DNA of 64,000 bases from NCBI RefSeq assembly GCF_028368995.1, contig NZ_JAQNDL010000001.1:384001-448000 (forward strand), in the 5' to 3' direction. Shown here piece by piece: positions 43,416-53,665 of this stretch. Each line of letters starts with the position of its first letter. Positions within the stretch are counted from its first letter, which is position 1. This DNA is from Nannocystis bainbridge. GTDB lineage: Bacteria; Myxococcota_A; Polyangia; Nannocystales; Nannocystaceae. The position numbers were made by a program, and so were the translations under genes. The notes below the pieces were generated by a model. That model was not told where the DNA came from. It saw nothing but the letters and a program-made list of their open reading frames with translations, and ran no database searches.

Positions 43416-44026
43416 GACGCCTCCCGCAACGCCTGCCCGGCCGCTCGCGTGCGCGGGGCCAGCCAGTCGATGAGGCGCGTGAAGGTCGCGCGCGCCGCGA
43501 GCACGGCCTCGGCCTCGGCCTCGGTCGTGCTCACCACCCGCGTGACCACGGCCGCGAAGGCGCGCCAGCGAGCCCCGGTGTCCGGCCCGTAGCCGGCCAG
43601 AAACGCGGTCGCTCGTCCGCGCAGCACGGTCAGCGCCGGCGGCAGCTTGGCGAGGATGTAGCGGCCGCCGAGGGTCGAGCCTTCGAGCACGTAGGCGACC
43701 CCGAGCGCGCTCGCCAGCGAGGCCGTCGAGGGCAGCGCCGCGCATCGGGGCACGGTCGAGGGATCCTCGCCCAGGACGCCCAGATCGGCCACGAGCATGG
43801 GGGATTTGCGCCGTTCGGCGGCCGCGAAGCCGACGGCGAGGAGCCCGGCGTGAGCACCCAGCCGGTCCTCCAGCGGCGCGTGGTAACCGAGCATCGCCGC
43901 CAGGTAGCGGCGGTAGTCGGTCAAGGTCGCGTCGGCGTCGAGGATTCGCACGTGGAGCTCCGCCTCGCGGTGGAGATCTGCAGTGTCGTCCTTGAGCCGG
44001 CGAAGCGGGTCGCGGGCCGCGGTCAC
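43412..44026 (-). CDS. Biliverdin-producing heme oxygenase (BphO-like)
   Basis: LK..T..LH...E proximal His; G.AYVLEGSTLGG; W..F. Confidence 0.9.
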   Translation of the reverse strand: MTAARDPLRRLKDDTADLHREAELHVRILDADATLTDYRRYLAAMLGYHAPLEDRLGAHAGLLAVGFAAAERRKSPMLVADLGVLGEDPSTVPRCAALPSTASLASALGVAYVLEGSTLGGRYILAKLPPALTVLRGRATAFLAGYGPDTGARWRAFAAVVTRVVSTTEAEAEAVLAARATFTRLIDWLAPRTRAAGQALREAS

Positions 44027-44077
44027 GATCCCACCGTGCTCCGCACGCGCGGCCGGGTCAAGGCGCGGGTGACTTTA

Positions 44078-44092
44078 ATGACAATCTGTCAT
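44078..44092. promoter_or_regulatory. Palindromic operator candidate in the divergent promoter
   Basis: ATGACA-ATC-TGTCAT inside an AT-rich patch. Confidence 0.5.
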
Positions 44093-44152
44093 CGCGGGTC
44101 GACGAGTGCTTGTGTATGAGCCAAACAGGGGAGAGCCTCCGCGCTCAGCCGT

Positions 44153-46147
44153 ATGCAGCCGACCACCTCCTCACTCGAAGCCACGATCGACGCGCTCAGC
44201 CGCGAGCTCGCGCTGATCGTGGCCCCCGACAGCCGGATCGAGTGGGCGGACCCGCGAGCCGAGCGGCACGGCCTGCGCGCCGCGGCCGAGCTGCGCGCGG
44301 CGGTCGTGCCCGGCTGCGAGACCAAGCTCGACGAATTGCTGCGCCAGGCGGCCACCGAGCCGGTGGGCGGCTGGGAGCTCCCGCTCGTGCTCGCGGGCAA
44401 GCCGGTGACGCTGTCGTTCTCGGCGCGCGCGCTCGACGGGCGCATCGCTCTGGTCGGCAATTTCGTCCCGCAGGGCTACGCCGAGGCGATCGGCGAGGCC
44501 GCCCGCGCGGTGCAGGAGATCGTCGACCTCAACCGCCAGCTCGCGCGCCAGAAGACCCGGCTCGAGGAGTCCAACAAGGCCATCCGGGCCCTGCACGCCG
44601 AGCTCGAGCAACACGCCGATCGCCTGCGCTCCTCGGCCGAGGTCAAGAGCCGCCTGGTCGCCGGCGTCAGCCACGAATTCCGCACCCCGCTGCACTCGAT
44701 CCTCGGCCTCTCGCGCCTGCTGCTGGCCGCCTCCGACGGCCCGCTCAACGACGAGCAGCAGACCCAGGTCGCCTTCATCCGCGACTCCGCCGAGGAGCTG
44801 TCGCGCATGATCAACGACATGCTCGACCTCTCGCGGCTCGACGCCGGCAACGCGCCGATCCGGGCCGCTCGCTTCGCCCTGCCCGACTTCTGGGCCGCGC
44901 TGCGCGGGACCATGCGACCGCTGGTGCGCGAGAGCGGCGGGGTCGAGCTGCTGTTCGACCCGGCGCCCGACGTCGGGCTCGAGACCGACCAGGGCAAGCT
45001 GGCCCAGATCCTGCGCAACCTGATCGCCAACGCGCTCAAGTTCACCGAGCGCGGCGCCGTCCGCGTGTCGGCCCGCGTCGACGGCGAGGAGCTGCGCGTG
45101 CTGGTCGAGGACACCGGCATCGGCATCGCCGCCGACGACCAGGCGCGCGTGTTCGAGGAGTTCGTGCAGATCGACGGCGCCCTCCAGCGCGCCGCCACCG
45201 GCACCGGCCTGGGCCTGCCGCTGGCCAAGAAGCTGGCCGAGGCGCTGGGCGGCCGCATCGAGCTCGAGAGCACCCCCGGCGTCGGCTCGACCTTCTGCGT
45301 CACCGTCCCGCTCGAGCACGCCGAGATCGACGCGTTCCGCAAGCTCGAGGTCGCCGCGAGCCAGCCTGACCCGACGCGCGCCCCCGTGCTCGTGGTCGAG
45401 GACGACCGCAGCGCCGTGTTCGTCTACGAGCGCTACCTGTCGATGGCGGGCTTCCAGGTGCTGCCGGCGCGCACCACCGAGGACGCGCGCAAGGTCCTCG
45501 AGCAGGTCCGGCCCTCGGCGATCTTGCTCGACGTCATGCTCGAGCGTGAGGACACCTGGAACTTCCTCGCCGACATCAAGCGCGACCCGGCCACCAACGA
45601 CATCCCGGTGCTGGTGTGCACGGTGATGAACCGCGAGTCGCGGGCGCGGGCGCTCGGCGCCGACGAGTTCTGGCTCAAGCCGGTCGACGAGGACAAGCTG
45701 ATCCGCAAGCTGCAGGTGCTGGCCGCCGGGCGCGGCGCCAAGGTCCTGGTCGTCGACGACGAGCCCGCGGCCCGCTACCTGATCAAGAAATTCCTCGAGG
45801 CGACGCCCTACCAGCTGCTCGAGGCCGCCGACGGCGACACCGGCGTCCAGCTGGCCCTGAGCGAGCGGCCCGACGTCATCTTGCTCGACTTCCTGCTCGA
45901 AAACATGACCGCGTTCGACGTGATCGACCAGCTCAAGGCCGACCCGCGCACGCGACCGATCCCCGTCATCATCGTCACCTCGCATGCGCTCCCCGTAGAG
46001 GACCGACAGCGGCTGGCGGAGAGCACCGAGGCCATCCTTTCCAAGGAGCACCTGTCGCGCGAGCTGGCGATCAATCGCATCCGCGACGCGCTCCGTCACG
46101 CGGGCATCCGTGAGCAGCCGCCCGCCAACGAACGAGGTGGAGCGTGA
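44153..46147 (+). CDS. Cytoplasmic hybrid histidine kinase (HK-REC-REC)
   Basis: SHEFRTPL, NALKFT, DTGIG, GTGLGL, two receiver domains; no TM helix. Confidence 0.93.
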   Translation: MQPTTSSLEATIDALSRELALIVAPDSRIEWADPRAERHGLRAAAELRAAVVPGCETKLDELLRQAATEPVGGWELPLVLAGKPVTLSFSARALDGRIALVGNFVPQGYAEAIGEAARAVQEIVDLNRQLARQKTRLEESNKAIRALHAELEQHADRLRSSAEVKSRLVAGVSHEFRTPLHSILGLSRLLLAASDGPLNDEQQTQVAFIRDSAEELSRMINDMLDLSRLDAGNAPIRAARFALPDFWAALRGTMRPLVRESGGVELLFDPAPDVGLETDQGKLAQILRNLIANALKFTERGAVRVSARVDGEELRVLVEDTGIGIAADDQARVFEEFVQIDGALQRAATGTGLGLPLAKKLAEALGGRIELESTPGVGSTFCVTVPLEHAEIDAFRKLEVAASQPDPTRAPVLVVEDDRSAVFVYERYLSMAGFQVLPARTTEDARKVLEQVRPSAILLDVMLEREDTWNFLADIKRDPATNDIPVLVCTVMNRESRARALGADEFWLKPVDEDKLIRKLQVLAAGRGAKVLVVDDEPAARYLIKKFLEATPYQLLEAADGDTGVQLALSERPDVILLDFLLENMTAFDVIDQLKADPRTRPIPVIIVTSHALPVEDRQRLAESTEAILSKEHLSRELAINRIRDALRHAGIREQPPANERGGA

Positions 46148-47688
46148 AAGACGCCCGCAAACCTTTGATCCTCAACGTCAACGACCACGTGGCCAACCGC
46201 TACATGGTCTCGAAGATGCTCAAGAACGCCGGCATGCAGGTCATCGAGGCCTCGACCGGCGGCGAGGCGATGGCGCTGGCCCAGGACCCGCAGCAGAAGC
46301 CCGACCTCATCGTCCTCGACATCCGCCTGCCCGACATCGACGGCCTCACGGTGTGCCGCCGGCTCAAGGCCGACCCGCGCACCCGCGACATCAAGATCCT
46401 CCACACCTCCGCCACCTTCGTCACCTCGACCAACCGCGTCGAGGGCGTCGAGGCCGGCGCCGACGGCTACCTCACCCAGCCGTTCGAGCCGCAGGACCTG
46501 ATCGCCACCGTGCGCGCGCTGCTCCGCCTCCACGACGCCGAGGCCGCCCTGGTCGCGCGCAACGGCCTGCTGGTCGAGGCCGACCGGCGCAAGGACGAGT
46601 TCCTGGCCATGCTGGCGCATGAGCTGCGCAACCCGCTGGCCGCGCTGCACATGGGCCTGCCCGTGCTCGACCGCTACCCGCCGCGCGACGAGCTCGAGCA
46701 GCAGACGCGCGACATCATGGGGCGCCAGCTGACCCTCCTCACCCGCCTCGTCGACGACCTGCTCGACGTCTCGCGCGTCACTCGCGGCCGCATCGTCCTC
46801 CACCGCGAGCCGATGGACCTCGCCGCGCTGGTCCGCCGCGTCGTCGAAGTCATGCGCCAGCGGGCCGCGGGGCCGCGCCGGCAGGAGCTCCGCCTCGTGC
46901 TGCCGCCGCAGCCGGTGCCGGTGCTGGCCGACGGCGGGCGCATCGAGCAGGTGCTGACCAACCTGCTCGACAACGCCAGCAAGTACTCGGACGCCGGCAC
47001 CACCATCGAGATCCGCCTCGCGCTCGTCGGCGGCCAGGCCGAGGTCGTCGTGCGCGACCAGGGCATCGGCATCGACGCCGCCACCTTGCCGGCCATCTTC
47101 GACCTGTTCGCCCAGGCCACCCGCTCGCTCGACCGCTCGCACGGCGGGCTCGGCATCGGGCTCACGCTCGCGCGCGGCCTCATCGACCTCCACGGCGGCA
47201 CCATCACCGCCCGCTCCGACGGCCTCGGCCTCGGCACCGAGCTCACGATCCGGCTGCCGCTGCAGGCCGCGCGCGAGCTGGCCCCGGCCCAGCCCAGCGA
47301 GCCCGCCGCCGCCCCCGCCCGCCGCCGGATCCTCGTCGTCGACGACAACGAGGACGGCCGCAAGATGCTGCGCAAGCTGTGCGAGCTGCAGGGCCACGAC
47401 GTCGCCGAGGCGGCCGACGGGCTCGAGGGGGTCCGCTGCGCCCTCGAGGGCCGGCCCGACGTCGCCTTCGTCGACATCGGCCTGCCCGGTATCGACGGCT
47501 ACGAGGTCGCCCGCCGGGTCCGCGCCGGGCTCGACGGCCACTCCCCGGTGCTGATCGCCCTGTCCGGCTACGGCTCGCCCGAGCACCGCGAGCTCGCCCA
47601 CGAGGCCGGCTTCGACGAGCACGTCGTCAAGCCGATCAAGCTCGCCAACCTGCGCCGGATCGTCGGCGCCGCCGCGCCCAAGGCCTGA
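46144..47688 (+). CDS. Hybrid histidine kinase (REC-HK-REC)
   Basis: GTGA overlap; N-terminal receiver, AHELRNPL, NASKY, GGLGIGL, C-terminal receiver. Confidence 0.93.
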   Translation: MKDARKPLILNVNDHVANRYMVSKMLKNAGMQVIEASTGGEAMALAQDPQQKPDLIVLDIRLPDIDGLTVCRRLKADPRTRDIKILHTSATFVTSTNRVEGVEAGADGYLTQPFEPQDLIATVRALLRLHDAEAALVARNGLLVEADRRKDEFLAMLAHELRNPLAALHMGLPVLDRYPPRDELEQQTRDIMGRQLTLLTRLVDDLLDVSRVTRGRIVLHREPMDLAALVRRVVEVMRQRAAGPRRQELRLVLPPQPVPVLADGGRIEQVLTNLLDNASKYSDAGTTIEIRLALVGGQAEVVVRDQGIGIDAATLPAIFDLFAQATRSLDRSHGGLGIGLTLARGLIDLHGGTITARSDGLGLGTELTIRLPLQAARELAPAQPSEPAAAPARRRILVVDDNEDGRKMLRKLCELQGHDVAEAADGLEGVRCALEGRPDVAFVDIGLPGIDGYEVARRVRAGLDGHSPVLIALSGYGSPEHRELAHEAGFDEHVVKPIKLANLRRIVGAAAPKA

Positions 47689-47689
47689 A

Positions 47690-47770
47690 CCGCCTGGCCT
47701 CGGGGGCATGTCCCGATGGACATGCCCATGCAGACATGCCCCGGAGAGCATGTCCCGAGGGACCTGTCGT

Positions 47771-47772
<2 letters not shown>
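47690..47772. repeat. 14-bp-period array, 6 units
   Basis: Cores at 47693, 47707, 47721, 47735, 47749, 47763; fills the whole gap between convergent stops. Confidence 0.93.
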
Positions 47773-48976
<1,204 letters not shown>

Positions 48977-49197
48977 CGCCACGCACGGCGCAACCGGCGA
49001 TGGCCGCGACGTCGCGCCGACGCGGCGCCCCGGACACGCGTCCCGACGCGGCGCTCGATCGAGGGATCATGACACTCCAGGATCGCATCCAGGAGCCGCT
49101 GGTGCCGCTGCGGCGACCCCCGCGCGCGGGCGCACTGGCGACGCGGGCGCGGACCTGTGAACGGCGTTGCGTCCCGAGCTACCTTGAGCCCCCGCGT

Positions 49198-50601
49198 ATG
49201 CCCCACACCGTCGCTCCCCCGGTCGAGCTCTCCATGTCGACCGCGAACATCCTGGCCACGGTCTTCACCGGGCTCGCCGAGGCCCGCAACGAGGTCGAGA
49301 TGCTCGGGGCTGCGCTCGTCTACCTGCGCCCGCTCGGCCCGTTCGCCGTCAACCTCCACCTCACCACCGTGTTCGAGGACGGCGTCCCGGTCCTGGCTCG
49401 CCACGTCGCCCAGTGGTTCGAGGCCGCCGGCCTCGCGGCCACCGACGGCGAGATCGACCTCCGCTCGCACCTCTCGATCTCGCAGCTCTGGTACGACCAG
49501 GCCGCGCCGGTGTTCCTCGAGGACATCGCCGCCGACCCGCGCTGCGACGCCGTCTACCGCGAGTTCATCATCAGCCACGGCATCCGCGCCCAGGTGTTCT
49601 TGCCGCTGCACAGCGAGGCCGCCGGCCGGGTCATCGGCGTCGTCGTGGCCCACTTCGGCGCGCCGCGGACGTTCACCAGCGAGGAGCGATATGTCCTCAA
49701 GACCCTGTCCTTCGGGCTAGCCTCGTTCCTCGCCGGCCGCCGCCTGCTGGCCGAGCGCGAGGAGTCGCTGCGCCAGGTCGAGCGCCAGCGGCGGATGTTG
49801 ACCGCCGTGCTCGAGAACCTGCCGGTCGGCGTCTACCTGGCCGAGGCCGGCACCCACAAGCCGCTGCTCGCCAACCAGATCGGCGTCGAGACCATGGGCA
49901 AGCAGCGCGTCGAGGCCGACGGCCGCGTCTACTACGAGGCCTACACGATGTATCAGACCGGCACGCTCGACCCGGTCCCCTTCTCGGAGCTGCCGCTCTA
50001 CCGCACCCTCGCCACCGGTGACCCGCACAGCGGCGTGATCGACGTGCGCAGCCTCGACGAGAGCGTCGGCATCGTCACCCTCGAGCTCTCGGCCGCCCCC
50101 GTGCGCGACGAGAGCGGCGAGATGTTCGCCGCCGTGGTCGTCTACCTCGACGTCACCGGCCGCAACCGCGCCGAGGCCGAGCGCGCCGCGATCCGCGAGG
50201 AGCTGATCCGCACCCAGGCCCAGGCGCTGGCCGAGCGCTCGACCCCGCTGATCCCGCTCGGCGACGACGTCGTCGCCATGCCGATCGTCGGCACCCTCGA
50301 CGGCAGCCGCGCCGACCAGATCATCGAGGTCCTCCTCGAGGGCTGCGCCGCCCGCAAGGCCCGCCACGCGATCCTCGACATCACCGGCGTCCCGCACGCC
50401 GACACCGCCGTCGCCGGCGCCCTCCTGCGCGCCGCCGCGGCCGTCCGCCTCCTCGGCGTCGAACCGATCCTCACCGGCATCCGCCCCGACGTCGCCCGCA
50501 CCCTCGTCGGCCTCGACGTCGACCTGCGCGGCGTCGTCACCCTGCCGACGCTGCAAGAAGGCATCGCCCACGCCGCGCGCAAGGCCCCGCGCCGCCGCTG
50601 A
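49198..50601 (+). CDS. GAF-PAS-STAS (RsbR-like) protein
   Basis: GAF-like region, PAS (LENLPVGV..APVRD..G), STAS STPLIP..PIVG.LD..RA..DITGV..TGIRP. Confidence 0.87.
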   Translation: MPHTVAPPVELSMSTANILATVFTGLAEARNEVEMLGAALVYLRPLGPFAVNLHLTTVFEDGVPVLARHVAQWFEAAGLAATDGEIDLRSHLSISQLWYDQAAPVFLEDIAADPRCDAVYREFIISHGIRAQVFLPLHSEAAGRVIGVVVAHFGAPRTFTSEERYVLKTLSFGLASFLAGRRLLAEREESLRQVERQRRMLTAVLENLPVGVYLAEAGTHKPLLANQIGVETMGKQRVEADGRVYYEAYTMYQTGTLDPVPFSELPLYRTLATGDPHSGVIDVRSLDESVGIVTLELSAAPVRDESGEMFAAVVVYLDVTGRNRAEAERAAIREELIRTQAQALAERSTPLIPLGDDVVAMPIVGTLDGSRADQIIEVLLEGCAARKARHAILDITGVPHADTAVAGALLRAAAAVRLLGVEPILTGIRPDVARTLVGLDVDLRGVVTLPTLQEGIAHAARKAPRRR

Positions 50602-50659
50602 CCGGGCGCCGCGAGCCGTCGCGCGCGGTCGCCATCCCCTCGCTCAGGGCGTACGCGCG

Positions 50660-50697
50660 ACGGATGTCTCGGAGGACATGTCTTCCAGGACATGCGC
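50660..50697. repeat. 14-bp-period array, 3 units
   Basis: Cores at 50663, 50677, 50691 between convergent genes. Confidence 0.8.
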
Positions 50698-50832
50698 GAA
50701 GAAACGCCGTGAGGTGGCCTCACAGCCCGTTTCACGTGACTCGATGCGATCCGACGGCCGCCTCATCGGCGAGGCAGGTCGAGGGTGACCTCGAGCTGGC
50801 GCGCGGCGGAGCGAGCCGTCGCGCGCTCGCTG

Positions 50833-51561
50833 TCACTCGCAGGTCGACACCGAGAAGCTGCCCGCGAGGTCGATCCCGGCGGCGGCCAGCTGCGGCGAGT
50901 TGACGTGGCACAGGCGGGCCTCGATCCCGCTCGCGTCGATCGACACGATCTCGAGCGTCGCGTCGAGCATCGTCGCGCTCCAGTCGCACACCCCGTCGCC
51001 CTGGTCCGCGCCGTACACCGACTCGACCCCGCGCACCTCGGGGCCCGTGAGTTGATGAAGGCCCGGCGACTGGTGGCCCGGCGGGATCCAGATCTTCACC
51101 TCCCATTGCCCGCACTCCAGCCCCTGCTCCGTATCGGCGCACGCGTGCGCCTGCCCGGCGAGGTGGACCTCGAGCGTGCCCTCCTCCGGGCCTTCCCAGC
51201 AGCTCGTCGTCTGCACCGCGCACTCGGGCTCGTCGGGGATGACCACCCGGGCCAGCTTGGCGACCTCGAGCGGCACCGCCTCGCCCTCGCACGGCGTCGG
51301 CTCGAGCGGCGGCGGCTGCTCGGTCTCCTCGCCGGTCTCGGTGACGCTGGCCTCGCTCGGCGAGGACTCGCTCCCGGTGGTCGTGGTCTCCGTGGTGGTC
51401 GTCGTCGCCGTCCCGGTCGGCTCCCCGGAGGTCTCGGTCTCGCCCGCCGAAGTCTCGGTCGCATCGCTCGTGGGCGCGGTGGCGGACTCCTCGGGCACGG
51501 CCTTGAGCTCGCACGCCAGAGTCGCCGCAAACAGCAAACAGGTCACGGTAATCGAACGCAT
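50833..51561 (-). CDS. Thr-rich lipoprotein
   Basis: TLAC lipobox, T/E linker, Cys-containing beta domain. Confidence 0.75.
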   Translation of the reverse strand: MRSITVTCLLFAATLACELKAVPEESATAPTSDATETSAGETETSGEPTGTATTTTTETTTTGSESSPSEASVTETGEETEQPPPLEPTPCEGEAVPLEVAKLARVVIPDEPECAVQTTSCWEGPEEGTLEVHLAGQAHACADTEQGLECGQWEVKIWIPPGHQSPGLHQLTGPEVRGVESVYGADQGDGVCDWSATMLDATLEIVSIDASGIEARLCHVNSPQLAAAGIDLAGSFSVSTCE

Positions 51562-51910
51562 AGGCGATCGATGTAGCACGGCGATCGCAGCATCACCATG
51601 GGACCCGGCTGTCCTGCGAATGCAGCCGCGCACGACATCGGCGTCGCACCCCGTGTCGGAAGAGCGGCCACCCGCGCGCACCGGACCCGGGCCCTACGAT
51701 CGACGAAAGAAAAAGCATACCGATCGCGCATTGGTGAAACATTCGCCATTCGCATGATCGATGGCGCATGGTTCGTCGACAATCCGGGTGCTGGTGCCCT
51801 CACGACGCCAGGCGCGGCAGGAGCCGGAGATTCTGCAGGCATGCGGCAGGCGGGCGGCACGGGGATATGGCGGACCCGAACCGTTCGGCGTGTTACTTTG
51901 GCCTCGATCT

Positions 51911-52528
51911 ATGACCCGTTTTTTGCTCTGCCACGCCCTGTTCGTCCTGCCCGTGATCGCAGCCTGTGAGAACCAGGACCCGCTCGATTCCCTGTCGCAG
52001 GGCTCGGCCGTCAGCAACGGCCCCGGCGGCGGCCCCAGCGGCGGCCCCAGCGGCGGCCCCGGCAGCGACACGATGCCGGCGACGGACACGGACCCCACTG
52101 GCACGAGCACCGACGCGCCCACGACCACCGACGCGACCACGGGCGACCTCCCGACGGGTGGCGAGACCGGGCCGACCGAACCCGGGACCACCGGCGAAGG
52201 GCTGAGCCACGCTGCCGACATTCAGCCGATCTGGGACGCCAATTGCGTCACGGACTGTCACACGCCGGGTGGCGCCGCGTCGGGGTGGTTCGTCCTCTCC
52301 GGAGATCCCTACGACACGCTCATCAGCCAGGCCTCGTTCGAGATCAACGACATGCAGCTCATCGTCCCCGGCGTCCCGGAGCAGAGCTATCTATGGCACA
52401 AGATCAACGGCACCCACCTCGCAATCGGCGGCAACGGCAACATGATGCCGCCGCCGCCCGCGCCCGCGCTGTCGCAGGCGGCGATCGACACCATCGGTCA
52501 GTGGATCCTCGAGGGCTGCTCGCTGTGA
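51911..52528 (+). CDS. Lipoprotein with c-type cytochrome-like domain (CxxxCH)
   Basis: IAAC lipobox; DIQPIW..NCVTDCH, VPG.PEQSYLW.K, MMP, I..WI.EG. Confidence 0.75.
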   Translation: MTRFLLCHALFVLPVIAACENQDPLDSLSQGSAVSNGPGGGPSGGPSGGPGSDTMPATDTDPTGTSTDAPTTTDATTGDLPTGGETGPTEPGTTGEGLSHAADIQPIWDANCVTDCHTPGGAASGWFVLSGDPYDTLISQASFEINDMQLIVPGVPEQSYLWHKINGTHLAIGGNGNMMPPPPAPALSQAAIDTIGQWILEGCSL

Positions 52529-52646
52529 AGCGACGCCCGACAGCGCGCGCTGTCCTCGAACCATGAGAGCCCGGGCGGTCGGACGCGGCGATCCCGCTGC
52601 ACGGGCACCTTTACGTGCCCCGGGCGGCGCGCGAAGCTCGGGCCGC

Positions 52647-53417
52647 ATGCGCGTCTCCACCGTCGACCTCGAAACCGCCGCGGGCACTGACCACACCCAA
52701 CTCGTCACACCCGACGGCGCCGGGCCCTGGCCCGCGATCATCCTCTGCACGGACGCCGGCGGCCAGCGCCCGGCCATGCTCGAGATCGCCGGGCGGCTCG
52801 CCGACCTCGGCTACCTGGTCGCCATCCCCGACCTCTATTTCCGCGTGGGCCAGCTTCAGGACCTGCTGCCCGAGGGCGAGAAAGATCGGCCGATCATCAC
52901 GGCGATCTTCGGCGACGCGGCTGTGCGCCAGCGGTGGTTTCAGCGCTTCTACCTGTCCGCCACCGCCGACGAGACCGTGCGCATCGGCGTCGGCGCGGTG
53001 CTCGACCACCTCGCCGCCCGGCCCGACGTGACCGGCAAGGTCGGCACCACCGGCTATTGCATGGGCGGCAACATCTCCCTGCGGATCGCCACGATCTTCG
53101 GCGACCGGATCGCCGCGACGGCCTCGTTCCACGGCGGCGGCCTCGCCACCGCGGCGCCCGACAGCCCGCACCTGCGCGCCGCGGCCGTGCGCTCGCGCGT
53201 CTACGTCGCGGGCGCGATCGAGGACGCAACCTTCACCGACGAGGCCCGGAGCACCCTCGAGGCCGCCCTCACCGAGGCCGGCGTCGAGCACACGATCGAG
53301 GTCTACCCGGGCCGGCACGGCTTCGCCGTGACCGACAACCCGACGTACGACGCGGCCTGCGAGGCGCGGCATTTCGCCGCCCTCGAGGCCCTCTTCGCCG
53401 CGACCCTGCGCGCGTAG
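52647..53417 (+). CDS. Dienelactone hydrolase family protein
   Basis: PDLY, GYCMGG nucleophile, SFHGG, YPG.HGF. Confidence 0.92.
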   Translation: MRVSTVDLETAAGTDHTQLVTPDGAGPWPAIILCTDAGGQRPAMLEIAGRLADLGYLVAIPDLYFRVGQLQDLLPEGEKDRPIITAIFGDAAVRQRWFQRFYLSATADETVRIGVGAVLDHLAARPDVTGKVGTTGYCMGGNISLRIATIFGDRIAATASFHGGGLATAAPDSPHLRAAAVRSRVYVAGAIEDATFTDEARSTLEAALTEAGVEHTIEVYPGRHGFAVTDNPTYDAACEARHFAALEALFAATLRA

Positions 53418-53665
53418 ACAGCGGTGCAGCGACCCGCGTCTCGCAGCATTGCGAGGCGCGGCGCCGTTCGATGCACCGCGATGCACTCCACCGATTCTCG
53501 GCTCGCGCGAAAATCGACTGCGGCTTCACGACCTCGGCGTCCGCACACGCGCTGAGGGATTCGCCGACACACGCTCTCCGGCCCACCGACGCGCGCGGAG
53601 CGACGAATGGCGCCGCCGGACGTCCACGGGCGACAGCGCCGGCGTTTTGTGGTCCATTCATGTCC

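Noticed and set aside
50728-50743. parS-like CGTTTCACGTGACTCG
   Set aside because: Only 12/16 match with a broken right arm, single copy, and no par or origin genes nearby
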